Shown one piece after another: positions 1 through 9,902 of a stretch of DNA of 64,000 bases (position 1 is its first letter; each line of letters starts with the position of its first letter). The notes under the pieces were generated by a model. It was not told the origin of the DNA, did not search any database, and worked only from the letters and a program-made list of their open reading frames with translations. Source of the DNA: Scyliorhinus canicula (lineage: Eukaryota); contig NC_052162.1 of NCBI RefSeq assembly GCF_902713615.1, positions 86,095,240 through 86,159,239 on the forward strand, read 5' to 3'. Position numbers and translations under genes: made by a program.

Positions 1-173
1 GTGGTGGGCCACGTGTTTGCCTGTGGTGTAGTGGAGGAATTAATGGTCGTGCGGGACCCTCCTGTGTCCCAGAATAATTCTATGGGCTTTCCCCGAATTT
101 TCGCCGTGACTACTGGTTGTCCGGATCGGTCCCAGAGGGTGTCACAGACCCAAGTGGGGGAGCCCAAACACCA
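1..173 (-). CDS. Aspartic protease (start of pol) of retrovirus-like LTR element, partial, runs off the window
   Basis: Manual translation past the TGA at 174-176, in the Gag frame, gives WCLGSPTWVCDTLWDRSGQPVVTAKIRGKPIELFWDTGGSRT. The D-T-G catalytic motif is at about 60-68. Confidence 0.85.
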
Positions 174-1139
174 TCAGTCCGTTCCGTCCACATTGGTCTG
201 TCCTGACTGCGTCCCTATACTGTGGATAGGCTTTGCTTTGTTCCTGTTCAGAGTGCCTGTCTGCTGGCCTCTCTGAAATTTCTGCGGGGCGTTGCATTCC
301 CTAGCAAAATGCCCTAACTGTCCGCAGTTAAAACATTCCTGTGACTTCTGTGGGGGGCTGGTCTTTCCCTCATTTACAAATGCGGGGTTTTGGTGCGTTC
401 TCACTGCCTGAATATCTGCTGCAGCCTGCGCTTCTTCAGGGTCCTTAAATGTTACCTTGCCATGGACAGATTGCTCCCAAGCGTGGGACAATTTTTTCAA
501 TACCCATTTTTCATTATGGGCCTCTTCTGAGGGGTCGTAATTGGAGCAGACATTCTGTCCTGCATCTGTGGTGTGGGAGATGATGGTGCGGGTCCATTTA
601 ACCATGTTATCCTGGGTCAAATGTGAGCGGTCTAATTCACCGAAAACTGCAGTGAAGTGAATCCACAGCCTTCCTGCGAATGCTGTGGGGTGCTCGGTCC
701 TTTTCTGCCTACACTTATTTAGGCCTTCGACGGGGTCTCCTCTGTTGTACCCTATCGCGTCTAAAATAGCTGTATGCATCTCTTCGAGGGTGCCTCCTCC
801 AATGTTCTGTGGGTCGGGGAGGGCTGCTACAACTGATGAGTCTAAACTCAAAACTGTGAGCTTAACCTGCTCTCGCTCATCCAGGCCGTACATGGTCGCC
901 TGCTGCTTCACTCTTGCGAAGAATTGGTGGGGGTCTGAAGTGGGGAGGAATGGGGTGATTTTCTCACATGCGTCCCTTAGTTGAGTCACGGTTAAGGGGG
1001 TGGTGTAAGTGATCTCGGGTGCGCCGTCTGCGGTTGCTTTTCGTTGGCTGGTGACTGGGTTCATTGGTACGGCTGCTATCTGATCTGTGGGGGGTTGGGG
1101 CACTTTCCTTTTCTGCTGCGCTGCTAGCGCACATTTCCC
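174..1139 (-). CDS. Gag C-terminal part (capsid-like region plus CCHC nucleocapsid knuckle)
   Basis: ORF 174..1103 contains CFNCGQLGHFAREC (CX2CX4HX4C) and a capsid-like CRQKRTEHPTAFAGRLW segment. The frame stays open upstream to at least 1139. Confidence 0.9.
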   Translation of the reverse strand, partial: GKCALAAQQKRKVPQPPTDQIAAVPMNPVTSQRKATADGAPEITYTTPLTVTQLRDACEKITPFLPTSDPHQFFARVKQQATMYGLDEREQVKLTVLSLDSSVVAALPDPQNIGGGTLEEMHTAILDAIGYNRGDPVEGLNKCRQKRTEHPTAFAGRLWIHFTAVFGELDRSHLTQDNMVKWTRTIISHTTDAGQNVCSNYDPSEEAHNEKWVLKKLSHAWEQSVHGKVTFKDPEEAQAAADIQAVRTHQNPAFVNEGKTSPPQKSQECFNCGQLGHFARECNAPQKFQRGQQTGTLNRNKAKPIHSIGTQSGQTNVDGTD

Positions 1140-1918
1140 TGAACATATCGCTGCACTGTCTCACTTAACTCCTGCCAATCTGGGGCATTCTCTTCTTCTA
1201 ATTGTGTTCCAAACGTTTCTTGGAAGCCATTCTGCACAGAAAGCAGAGATTGCAACTCCGCAATCTGCTTCCTACATTTTGCATGGTCCACTGTGCTTTG
1301 CCTTTGCTCAGTGGTGGCAGCATGGAGTGCCCTTAAAGCTGCCTTTAGGTCGCTACACTGCTTTTTCAGTGTCTCTACCTGTTTTTCTGATTCTTCTCTT
1401 ATCAAGACTGCATGCTGCTCATCTTGATAGGCTTTTTCGTACTGAACTTGAGAGCAGCTCAGATGGGCTAGACAAGACTGATGTGCCCTCTTGGCATCAT
1501 CCACCTCTCTATCCTTATCTGCCAACCTTTCCCTTAATTCTGAATTATCTGTCTCAATGTCCCTGACATCCACTTTGCTCATTCTATTTTTCTCCTCTAA
1601 ATCTGCGCGGAGCGTCCTGACGACCTCCTCTGTGCCTCGTAATTGTGCCAAGCAGGACACAATTGCCATCGGCTTACGTGCTTTACTCAAACCTTTCTTA
1701 TGAATTTCAGACAGGTTCTCCCACCAAGTATGCCCTATACTCCCGGGACCTGTCTCCTCATTCAAACAAAACTCACTCCAAAGGGGCCATCCTTTCCCTT
1801 TGAGGTACTTCATGAGTTCCAGCTCCCAAACGGGACACTGACCTACTCTGCTGCTGTTGGTCGCTGCGACCACGAACTGCTCTGGGTTCATGAGGCGTTC
1901 CATTGCCTGCATGGCCAT
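1124..1918 (-). CDS. Gag N-terminal part with long coiled coil; one frame out of register with the downstream Gag part
   Basis: 264-aa ATG-initiated ORF about 290 nt downstream of the PBS, with an E/K/Q/L-rich heptad-like C-terminal half. It overlaps the downstream Gag frame. Confidence 0.8.
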   Translation of the reverse strand: MAMQAMERLMNPEQFVVAATNSSRVGQCPVWELELMKYLKGKGWPLWSEFCLNEETGPGSIGHTWWENLSEIHKKGLSKARKPMAIVSCLAQLRGTEEVVRTLRADLEEKNRMSKVDVRDIETDNSELRERLADKDREVDDAKRAHQSCLAHLSCSQVQYEKAYQDEQHAVLIREESEKQVETLKKQCSDLKAALRALHAATTEQRQSTVDHAKCRKQIAELQSLLSVQNGFQETFGTQLEEENAPDWQELSETVQRYVQGNVR

Positions 1919-2204
1919 TTCTTTTTCTCTTATGCTCTCTTAAATTTGGAACGAGGGATAATAAGGCAGTTATAAAAAATGGGTGCGGCTTTCGCTATTT
2001 TCCGAATGATAAACTCCCGACAGTTTGTCGCAACAAAAATCTCTCGGTTTTACCTTACAACCCTGTTAGTTACGCATGCAAAAGCACATTTCCGAATTAT
2101 GAGGATTGATTTGAACTACTTGAACACTTGTGGTTTTTCCTTTTCCCACTTGGATTTCAGATTCAAATTTCTGGGTTCTCTCGGAGTGGGGGGGCCACTT
2201 CTAG

Positions 2205-2227
2205 TCGAGTCCCATCAGAGTCTGCCA
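2205..2227 (-). promoter_or_regulatory. Primer binding site, tRNA-Arg(TCT)-like
   Basis: + strand TCGAGTCCCATCAGAGTCTGCCA vs vertebrate tRNA-Arg(TCT) 3' end TCGAGTCCCACCAGAGTCGCCA (recalled): one substitution, one inserted base. It lies 5 nt from the LTR terminus. Confidence 0.75.
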
Positions 2228-2232
2228 CTAAA

Positions 2233-3075
2233 TGTGGCTCGTTCTGGGTGAGTGTGCTTTACACTCAAATTGACTCTGTTTCGTTCCTTAGCTCTAGAGT
2301 CGCCAGGTATCGTTAAAATACCGCCACAAGTTTCAAGTTCAAATTCAGACCAATAACTCCATACACCAGTTAGTAAGTTCAAACAAGACATGTTTATTAT
2401 AATAGTTATCTACTAATTATGCATATAAAACTACAAGACTAGGCTAATCCTACCACTAACAGGCCAATACTTATCTGGATAAGGGAACTGCCGGATCAGG
2501 GAACAACGGCCTCTTGCTTTGTCCTGGATCCGCAGGCTTCCAGTCGGTGTGGACTAAAGGGGTCAGGAGTGTCTACTCTCGTAGCGTGCGTTGTGTGACA
2601 CTTACTTGGTGGCAGCTGCTGACCTCTCCTCTCCGTGGTCAAGTTCGAGAGCTACTACAAAGGTGTTCTTGTTGGGAGGGCCGGCTGAGAGAGCTGGTCA
2701 AGGAGAGGCTGGCAGAGAGAGAGAGCTGGGTTCTGGGTCTCTGTCTTATACCTCTCCCAGGGTCTCGCACCCACCAGAGCGGACCCTCTATACACTCGCA
2801 ATCGATTGGGTCTCTTCCCAATTGATTGATTTGAATTTCCCCAATAACGGTGCAGTCCCTCGATCACTGGGCGGTTCTTGGGGCTTATTGTTTTGGACTT
2901 CTCTTGGCGCCGAGAAGTCTGGCCTTCTATTCACTGTAGCGATTTGAGTTAACTTGTTTCTATTGTACCTAGGAATCACCCGGTATCGCCTCATTAGTAT
3001 GCTAACTTGTTTTCTTTCACAGTGCTGTCTGGTTTCTGCAGCAGTCAGAATACACAAGTGCTTTTGCAGGCTGCT
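2233..3075 (-). mobile_element. 5' LTR of the retrovirus-like element (outer edge uncertain, about 3056-3075)
   Basis: Ends in ...CCACA next to the PBS on the - strand. AATAAA(-) at about 2393-2398 and TATAAG(-) at about 2745-2750. Abuts a SINE head fragment at 3076. Confidence 0.7.
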
Positions 3076-3104
3076 TGCTAACCCACTGCTCCACCGTGCT
3101 GCCC
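3076..3104 (-). mobile_element. 5' fragment of tRNA-derived V-SINE
   Basis: Reverse complement GGGCAGCACGGTGGAGCAGTGGGTTAGCA matches the head of other SINE copies in the window. Confidence 0.7.
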
Positions 3105-3129
3105 TTTAATACAGAATATATGGCAGCCG

Positions 3130-3670
3130 CATGGGTTAATGACCAACTAATGTATTTTAAAGAGTTTTGGTGAGGGGTAACTAATGTTCAGGGCACTGAG
3201 GAGAAAATCTTCAAATAGAGCCATGGGATTGTTATGTCCGACGAAGAGAGGAGGAAGACAGGATAAGAAAAGCAAATTACCGCGGATGTAGAATCTGAAA
3301 CAAAAACAGAAAATGCTGGACAATCTCAGCAGGTCTGACAGCATCTGTGTAGAGAGAAGGGAGCTAACGTTTCGAGCCTGAATGACTCTTTGTCAAAGCT
3401 GGAGAGGACTGGAAATAGGATCAGATTGATACTGTTCTGGGGGTGGGGGGGGGGGGGGGGGGGGAGTGGAGCGGTGGGGCTGGATAGGGGGGCCAGCGAT
3501 AGGTGGAGATTGACAAAGATGTCGTGGACAGAAAGACAGGACTTCAGTTTAATGTTTAATTGAAAGAACATCACTGCTGACAATGCAGCACTCTCTCAGT
3601 CCTGCACTGGTATGTCTGTTGGGATGATGTGCTAAAGTCCCTGGAGTGGGAATAGCTATCTTTTGCATGA
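3130..3670 (-). mobile_element. Old DeuSINE-like (SacSINE1/AmnSINE-type) relic, interrupted by a Penelope-type fragment
   Basis: 3545-3610 (CTGACAATGCAGCACTCTCTCAGTCCTGCACTGG) resembles the reverse complement of the Deu central domain as I recall it. Confidence 0.5.
3262..3540 (-). mobile_element. Penelope-type element end with degenerate hammerhead-like core
   Basis: AGAAAATGCTGGACAATCTCAGCAGGTCTGACAGCATCTG motif is shared with 4925-5030, 7637-7960 and 53240-53330. The - strand reads TTGACAA-AGAGTC-ATTCA-GGCTC-GAAAC. Confidence 0.6.
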
Positions 3671-3720
3671 TGGCGCACTTGCTGGAGCATGGCAAAAGAC
3701 ACCCTCGGCAAAAGTGAGGT

Positions 3721-4066
3721 CATAGACATAGACATAGAACAGTACAGCACAGAACAGGCCCTTCGGCCCTCAATGTTGTGCCGAGCCATGATCACCCTAC
3801 TCAACCCACGTATCCACCCTATACCCGTAACCCCCCACACCATTAACCTTACTTTTATTAGGACACTACGGGCAATTTAGCATGGCTAATCCACCTAACC
3901 CGCACATCTTTGGACTGTGGGAGGAAACCGGAGCACCCGGTGGAAACCCACGCACACAGGGGGAGGACGTGCAGACTCCACACAGACAGTGACCCAGCCG
4001 GGAACCGAACCTGGGACCCTGGAGCTGTGAAGCATTTATGCTAACCACCATGCTACCCTGCTGCCC
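3721..4066 (-). mobile_element. HE1-like V-SINE with CR1-type tail
   Basis: tRNA head with A/B boxes, V-domain GTGGGTTTCC..GGTGCTCCGGTTTCCTCCCACAGTCCAAAGA, and a tail ending in TCTATG repeats. Confidence 0.9.
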
Positions 4067-4477
4067 CTATGTAGAGAGAAGGGAGCTAACGTTTCGAGCC
4101 TGAATGACTCTTTGTCAAGCCCATTGTCAAGCCGACGCAGGTCAATGAGCTTTAAAGGAAACACTCACCGTGGAGTCTTTTCTTCAAATGCAATATGGAA
4201 TCATTCCTCTGAATGTGAAATGACTATTTTCCAAGGGAGGAAACAGGTGGAAGCACACATCAGGTTTGTTTGCATCTGCAAAGAAAATGGAAAGGATAAT
4301 ATTGCTGGTTCAGAACTGAGAAGGAGGCAGCCTCCTCGTATAATAATCCTCGTCAAATCCTGACAGCAAGAGGAGGGCAAAATGTAGTATTGTAGTTAAT
4401 GCGATTGTCAAGGATTGAAAGCCTCAACTGTAGAACAGGAGGTGATCCACGAGCGGAACAAGAGTGTTAGACATAGA

Positions 4478-4852
4478 GGGCAGCACAGCAGCATTGTGGA
4501 TAGGGTTTACAGCCCTAACAGGGTTACTGGCTTCACAGCTCCAGGGTCCCAGGTTCGATTCCGCTTGGGTCACTGTCTGTGCGGAGTCTGCACATCCTCC
4601 CCGTGTGTGCGTGGGTTTCCTCCGGGTGCTCCAGGTTCCTCCCACAGTCCAAAGATGTGCAGGTTAGGTGGATTGGCCATGATAAATTGCCCTTACTTCA
4701 GTGTCCAAAATTGCCCTTAGTGTTGGGTGGGGTTACTGGGTTATGGGGATATGGTGGAGGTGTTGACCTTGGGTAGGGTGCTCTTTCCAAGAGCTGGTGC
4801 AGACTCGATGGGCCGAATGGCCTCCTTCTGCATTGTAAATTCTATGATCTAT
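4478..4852 (+). mobile_element. HE1-like V-SINE
   Basis: GGGCAGCAC head, GGTTCGATT B box, V-domain, and GATGGGCCGAATGGCCTCCTTCTG tail. Confidence 0.9.
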
Positions 4853-4924
4853 ATCCTTCAAGAAAGGAAGCAAAGCTGGTATACTGTGCCTGCTCACACA
4901 TTATTCGGTATTAAGGAAGGTAAG

Positions 4925-5030
4925 ACACTTGAAACACTTACTTGTCTCTACACAGATGGTGGCTGACACACTTGAGTGTTTCCAGCATTTTCTCTTTGCA
5001 TTTCAGATTTTCAACATCTGCAATATTTTG
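4925..5030 (+). mobile_element. Penelope-type end fragment
   Basis: TTTCCAGCATTTTCTCTTTGCATTTCAGATTTTCAACATCTGCA is similar to the reverse complement of 3280-3350. Confidence 0.5.
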
Positions 5031-5312
5031 TCCCTGAGCAAAGTTTACAGAGGAAGTGGGCAGGAAGAATTGTTAACAATATACTCGAACATCAATGACT
5101 TGTGTGTGTTTTTTTTTAATTGTCTGGATGTGAAGTTGTATGCTGACAACATGTAGCTTCAATTTTGTAGCTACCATGGAGAGAGCTTGATATGTAAACT
5201 GTTAATACACTCTAACACTTTCAATCTTATTAGTGCTGTCAGGAGCATTCTTTTCAGTTTTGAAATCTGTATGAGAACTGAACCGTCTTTTTTTTTGTTA
5301 AACCCTATTCAG

Positions 5313-5776
5313 GATTTCATCTCTACATCAAACTACCCTCTATTGTACCTGAAAGCTGTCTGCTTATAATCGTGGGCCTGATAATGGGAGGAATAATCTA
5401 TGGAGTGAATGGGAGATCTGCACCAGTTATGAGCACTGATGTCTTTTTTCTTTACCTGCTGCCCCCAATCGTACTCGACGCAGGCTACTTCATGCCTAGT
5501 AGGCCCTTCTTTGAGAACATTGGGACAATCCTGTGGTATGCGGTCGTGGGAACCATGTGGAATGTTTTTGGAATTGGCTTGTCCCTCTACGGGATTTGCC
5601 AGATCGAGTCCTTTGGCCTAAAGGACATTTCCCTGCTCTACAATTTACTGTTTGGCAGTTTGATTGCAGCAGTGGATCCAGTGGCTGTCCTGTCCGTCTT
5701 TGAAGAGATCCACGTAAACGAGCAGCTGCACATTCTGGTTTTTGGGGAATCACTCCTCAATGATGCCGTCACCGTG
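5313..5776 (+). CDS. SLC9A2: Na+/H+ exchanger (NHE2-like) internal coding exon, transmembrane region
   Basis: Polypyrimidine tract and CAG acceptor at 5310-5312; GTAAGT donor at 5777. Translation (G)[77 protein letters not shown] and CQIE.FGL fit NHE2 better than NHE1; SLC9A4 is not fully excluded. Confidence 0.95.
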
Positions 5777-5929
5777 GTAAGTAGCCCCCTGAGCGATTTG
5801 GCTTTGGACCACACTTGGAGCAGGCAAGAGGCATTAAAGCCCTGGTTCATGGACTCATAATTCTTGGACTCATTATTCTGGTTAATCAGCAAAAGATTCT
5901 CATTCTGGAATAATGGTTGTCCAACCCAA

Positions 5930-6590
5930 ACAAAATCATAGAAAGCTACAAGGAGGCCATTCAGCCGATCGTGTCTGTGCTCACTCCTTGATAGCGATGT
6001 CATGCTTAGCTCCACATTCCCCACCTACTTCCTTGGTTGCCGTGTGCACAAATACTAAAAGTGCAAGGCATATGGATTACCCGGCTTTATAGCTGGAAGC
6101 ATAGACGATAAGAGCAAAGAGATAATGCCAGAACTTTGAAGTTCAAGAATTAGGCCATAGCTGGACAGTTAGAGACAATTCATAGGCACGAAAAGATGTA
6201 ATGGCCAATGCCAATTCTAGTTCATCCATAACTATCCCAATCCCTTTCAGAATTATTTATAGAATCAGCTTTCATCTCCTTTAGGGGGGATTTCCAGTTC
6301 CCAACTAACATCCCATTTGGAAAAGTTTGCCTCATCACTCCTCGAGATCTTTTGCCAGTGATTTTAAATCTATGACCTTTGGTTACTGATCCACTTGTCA
6401 TGGGGAATAGCTTTCCTCAAACTGTACCATTAAGACCTCTCAATGTCTGAAAACCTCGATTCGGTCACCTTTTAATCTCCCCTATTCCACGGAGAAGAGT
6501 CCTAACTTCTCCAACCTCTTCTCATGACTGAAGTCATCACCCTTCAAGGTAACAGACTTGTGAATATCCTCTGTACCCTTTCCAAGGGAA
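5930..6590. mobile_element. Old CR1 LINE 3' fragments in both orientations
   Basis: Tail motif GGAGGCCATTCAGCC at about 5952, plus degenerate RT C-terminal segments similar to 39678-40493. Confidence 0.55.
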
Positions 6591-6636
6591 AATGTAGGCA
6601 CCATCATAGGCAGTTTTACACACTACACCCACCGAC

Positions 6637-7245
6637 AACTTGCATTTATATAGTGCCTTTAACATAGTATGATATCCTTAAGTATGTTGCAGGAGCGTTG
6701 TCAACAATATTGGACCCAAATCACAATAGGAGATGATAAGTTAGGTTGGTCAAAAGCTTGATCAAAGAGGTAGGTGTTGAGATGTTGTTTTAATGGTGGA
6801 CAGAGATGGAGAAGAGGAATGGAGAAGGGAAGGAATCCAGAGGTTGGAACCGAGGCAGATGAGAGCAGGATCGTCAATGGTGGAGCGACTAAAGTCAGGG
6901 CTATGTAAAAGGGCAGAACTAGGTAGAAATTGTAGCGGGTCATACGGACCGAGAAAGTTGTGAGGAGGCGTTAGGGAGAGGCCACGGAGGTGTTTGAAAA
7001 CAAGAATGAGAATTTTAAAGTTATGCATTGCCAAACTGGGAGTCAATATAGATCAGCAAGCTGAGGGGTGATGGAGAAATGGGCCTTACTTCAAGTTAAG
7101 ATGTGGGTAATAAGGTTTTGGATGAGCTGAAGTTAAAAGAGAGTAGGAGGCCAGTAGGAGTCCATTGGAACAGCCAAGTTCAGATGTTAAGAAAGGCACG
7201 ATGAGGTTTCTAGCAGCATATAACCTGGGCAGGTGCAGAGAGGAG
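6637..7245 (-). mobile_element. L2-type LINE 3' fragment
   Basis: 3' end GTTAAAGGCACTATATAAATGCAAGTTG on the - strand; ORF 6762..7046 has the L2-like NFKILILVFKHLRGL. Confidence 0.7.
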
Positions 7246-7284
7246 TCTATGGACTTGTCTCTTACAAATACGAGGGATCATAAT

Positions 7285-7532
7285 TTTCAGGTGATTGGAG
7301 GAAGGTGTAGGCTAGATATCAGAGGTTGATTCTTTACACAGAGTGGTAGGTGCGTGAAATGCACTGCCAGTGGAGTGAGAGTCATTAGGGACATTTAAGC
7401 GACTCTTGGACTGGCACATGGACAGCAGTAAATTGAAGGATGCACGTTAGGCTGATCTTAGATTAGGATAAGTGGTCGGCACAACGTGATGGGCCGAAGG
7501 GCCTGTTCTGTGCTGTATTGTTCTATGTTCTA
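7285..7532 (+). mobile_element. CR1 LINE 3' end
   Basis: TTTACACAGAGTGGTAGGTGCGTG ... GGGCCGAAGGGCCTGTTCTGTGCTGTATTGTTCTATGTTCTA. Confidence 0.8.
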
Positions 7533-7636
7533 AATAGGTGAATGGCACAGGACGCAGAGGAATATTATAACGTGCACTGAATATTTATTATAACCAACAA
7601 TCATTTATAACTTCCTCATGACATAGTTATGCCTTC

Positions 7637-7932
7637 AACAAGAACAGAGTGTGCTGGAAGAACTCAGCATGTCTGCTAGCATCTGTAAGGAGAGAAACAA
7701 AGTTAAAGTTTTGAGTCCATAGACTCTGTCAAAATTGAAATGAGGCAGAATGTGTTAGAGCTCTGGAAACACTCTATAGAAACACTGCGTTAGAGTGTTT
7801 CCACAACTCTTACACATTCTCCCTCCTTTCAAATCTGATGAAGAGTCCATGGACTCAAAACTTTAACTTTGTTTCTCTCCTCACAGGTGTTGCCAGACCT
7901 GCTGAATTTTTAAAGTGCCCTCTGTTCTTGTT
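7637..7932. repeat. Long imperfect inverted repeat of Penelope-type ends
   Basis: Outer ends AACAAGAACAGAG / CTCTGTTCTTGTT; inner ends GGAAACACTCTA (7765-7776) / TAGAGTGTTTCC (7791-7802); 14-nt loop. Confidence 0.85.
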
Positions 7933-7984
7933 TCAGATTCCATCATCCGCAGTATTTCCCTGATTTTGGTTGCACCTGTCCTGG

Positions 7985-8247
7985 TTGTGGCACAGTGCTT
8001 AGCACTGCTGCTTCACAGTGCCAGAGACCAGCTTTCGATTCCAACCTTGGGTGACTGTCTGCCTGGTTTCCTCCGGGTGCTCCGGTTTCCTCCCACAGTC
8101 CAAAGATGTGCAGGTTAGGTGGATTGGCATTGCTAAATTGCGGGATAGGGTGGAGGATTGGGCATAGGTAGGGTAATCTTTCAGAGGGTCAGAGTGAACT
8201 TGATGGGCTGAATGGCCTCCTTCTGTACTGTAGGGATTCTATGATTC
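7985..8247 (+). mobile_element. Degenerate V-SINE with internal deletions
   Basis: V-domain and GATGGGCTGAATGGCCTCCTTCTG tail. Confidence 0.8.
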
Positions 8248-8339
8248 AATAAGAATGTGTGACATTGGTCAAATCTGTGGAATCATGGAGATTTGCCCAG
8301 CACTCTGCTATGTTGTGCTTTATTTCAGGTGTCACCGAT

Positions 8340-9180
8340 AGATTCATAGAATTTTTAGACCAGAGAAAGAGGCCCTTCAGCCCATCATGTCTGTGCTGGC
8401 CATCAGACCCCTATTTGCTCGAACCCCATTTTCCAGCATTTGGCCCGTGGTCTCGTATGCTATGGCATTTCAAGTGTTCATCTAAATCAAGAAGGAATTA
8501 GATATAGCCATTGTGGCTAAAGGGATCAAGGGGGAAGGTGGGATCAGGGTATTGAATTTGATGAGCAGCCATGATCATAATGAATGGTGGCTTGAAGGGC
8601 CGAATGGCCTAATCGTGCTTCAATTTTCTATGTATGTTTCTATATATGAATGATTGAATCCCTACAGTGCAGAAGGTGGCCATTCAGCCCATTGAGTCTG
8701 CACCAACACTCTGAAATAGCACTCTACCCAGGCCCACTCCCTCACCCTATCCCTGTAACTCCACCGAACCTGCACATTCCCAGACATTAAGGAGCAATTT
8801 AGCATTGCCAGTCCACCTAACTGTTTCTATTACCCTTTCAGGCATTGAGTTTGAGATTCCAAGCCACTGTGGGTGAAAAGGTTTCCCCTCACATCTCCTC
8901 TAAACCTCCTGCCCCTTACCTTAAATCTACGTCCCCTGGTTATTGGCCCCTCCGCTTAGGGGAAAGTTCCTTCCTATCTACGCCCCTCATAATTTTGTAC
9001 ACCTCAATCAGATTCCCCATCAGCCTTCTCTGCTCCAAGAAAAATAACCCAGCCTATCCAGTCCCTCCAGCCCAGGCAACATCCCGGTGAATCTCTTCCG
9101 CACCCTCTCTGGCGCAATCACTTCCTCCCTATAATGTTGCGACCAGAACTGCACACAGTACTCCAGCTGTAGCCTAACCA
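8340..9180. mobile_element. Cluster of nested CR1 3' ends and a SINE tail
   Basis: - strand CR1 (8340-8490, resuming 8823-9180) is interrupted by a + strand CR1 tail (8490-8645) and a - strand SINE 3' part (8650-8822). Confidence 0.6.
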
Positions 9181-9674
9181 GATATCATGGTCAGATAGGC
9201 TGAGCTCAGATATTATAAGCACAATAATATCAGCATTTCTGAGGGTCAGAGGGATAATTTATTCAGTCGTAAACAGCCAACATATCGTGGAAATTGTGGA
9301 ACATGTCTGTGCAGTACAAAACTATTTAGGATTAGAATCACGCTTCTGTGATTATGGTTGTGTATTCAAACCAATGTGTTTCAGACCCAACAGGAAACAA
9401 ACCATATGATGAATAATGAGCCAGAATTAGTTAACAAACTGACAGGAAGGGAACATTTTGGTGACTATAAAATGATTAAATTTGATACCAGATTTGAGAG
9501 TAAGAAGTTAGAGTCACAAAATTAAGATTTTAAATTTAAGCCAGAAAAACGTTTGAATCAATGAGACTTAAATTAACCGCAGCACACTAGACTCTGCTCT
9601 TAATGGTTAAACCCATAGACAATCAGTGGGAAGACTGATAGAAGTGCTGGTACAATATAAAGCTGGGACATAAC

Positions 9675-9902
9675 TGTGATGTTTGTCCCCTTTCAAGGGG
9701 CGATCTGCTGAGAGGGTTATGTGGCCCGGGTAACCAATCAGGGACCAGGGAGGGAGAGTGCCCCAGGAAGTATGGGTTTCTGTATCAGTTCGACCCTGGG
9801 AGCTGATTCACAGTCACGAGGTTGCAAACCTCTGCAGTGTAATTACATGTAAATAAATGTTGCAGTTGTTTTTCAACTAACTGGTGAATGGGAAATATTA
9901 CA
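9675..9902 (+). repeat. 5' LTR of Mag-type Gypsy
   Basis: TGTGATGTTTGTCCCC...ATATTACA, with AATAAA at about 9852; homologous to 18820-19045. Confidence 0.9.

Noticed and set aside
2045-2062. Retroviral major splice donor in the leader (AG|GTAAAA on the - strand)
   Set aside because: Weak match, and no env or acceptor is visible in the window to support it.
3866-4051. Recurrent small ORFs (GHCLCGVCTSSP.., WVTVCAESAH..) suggesting a gene family
   Set aside because: Translations of the V-SINE body, present in every copy.
5372-5860. 162-aa ORF as a stand-alone gene
   Set aside because: It is an internal exon; homology starts at 5313 and ends at the GT donor at 5777.
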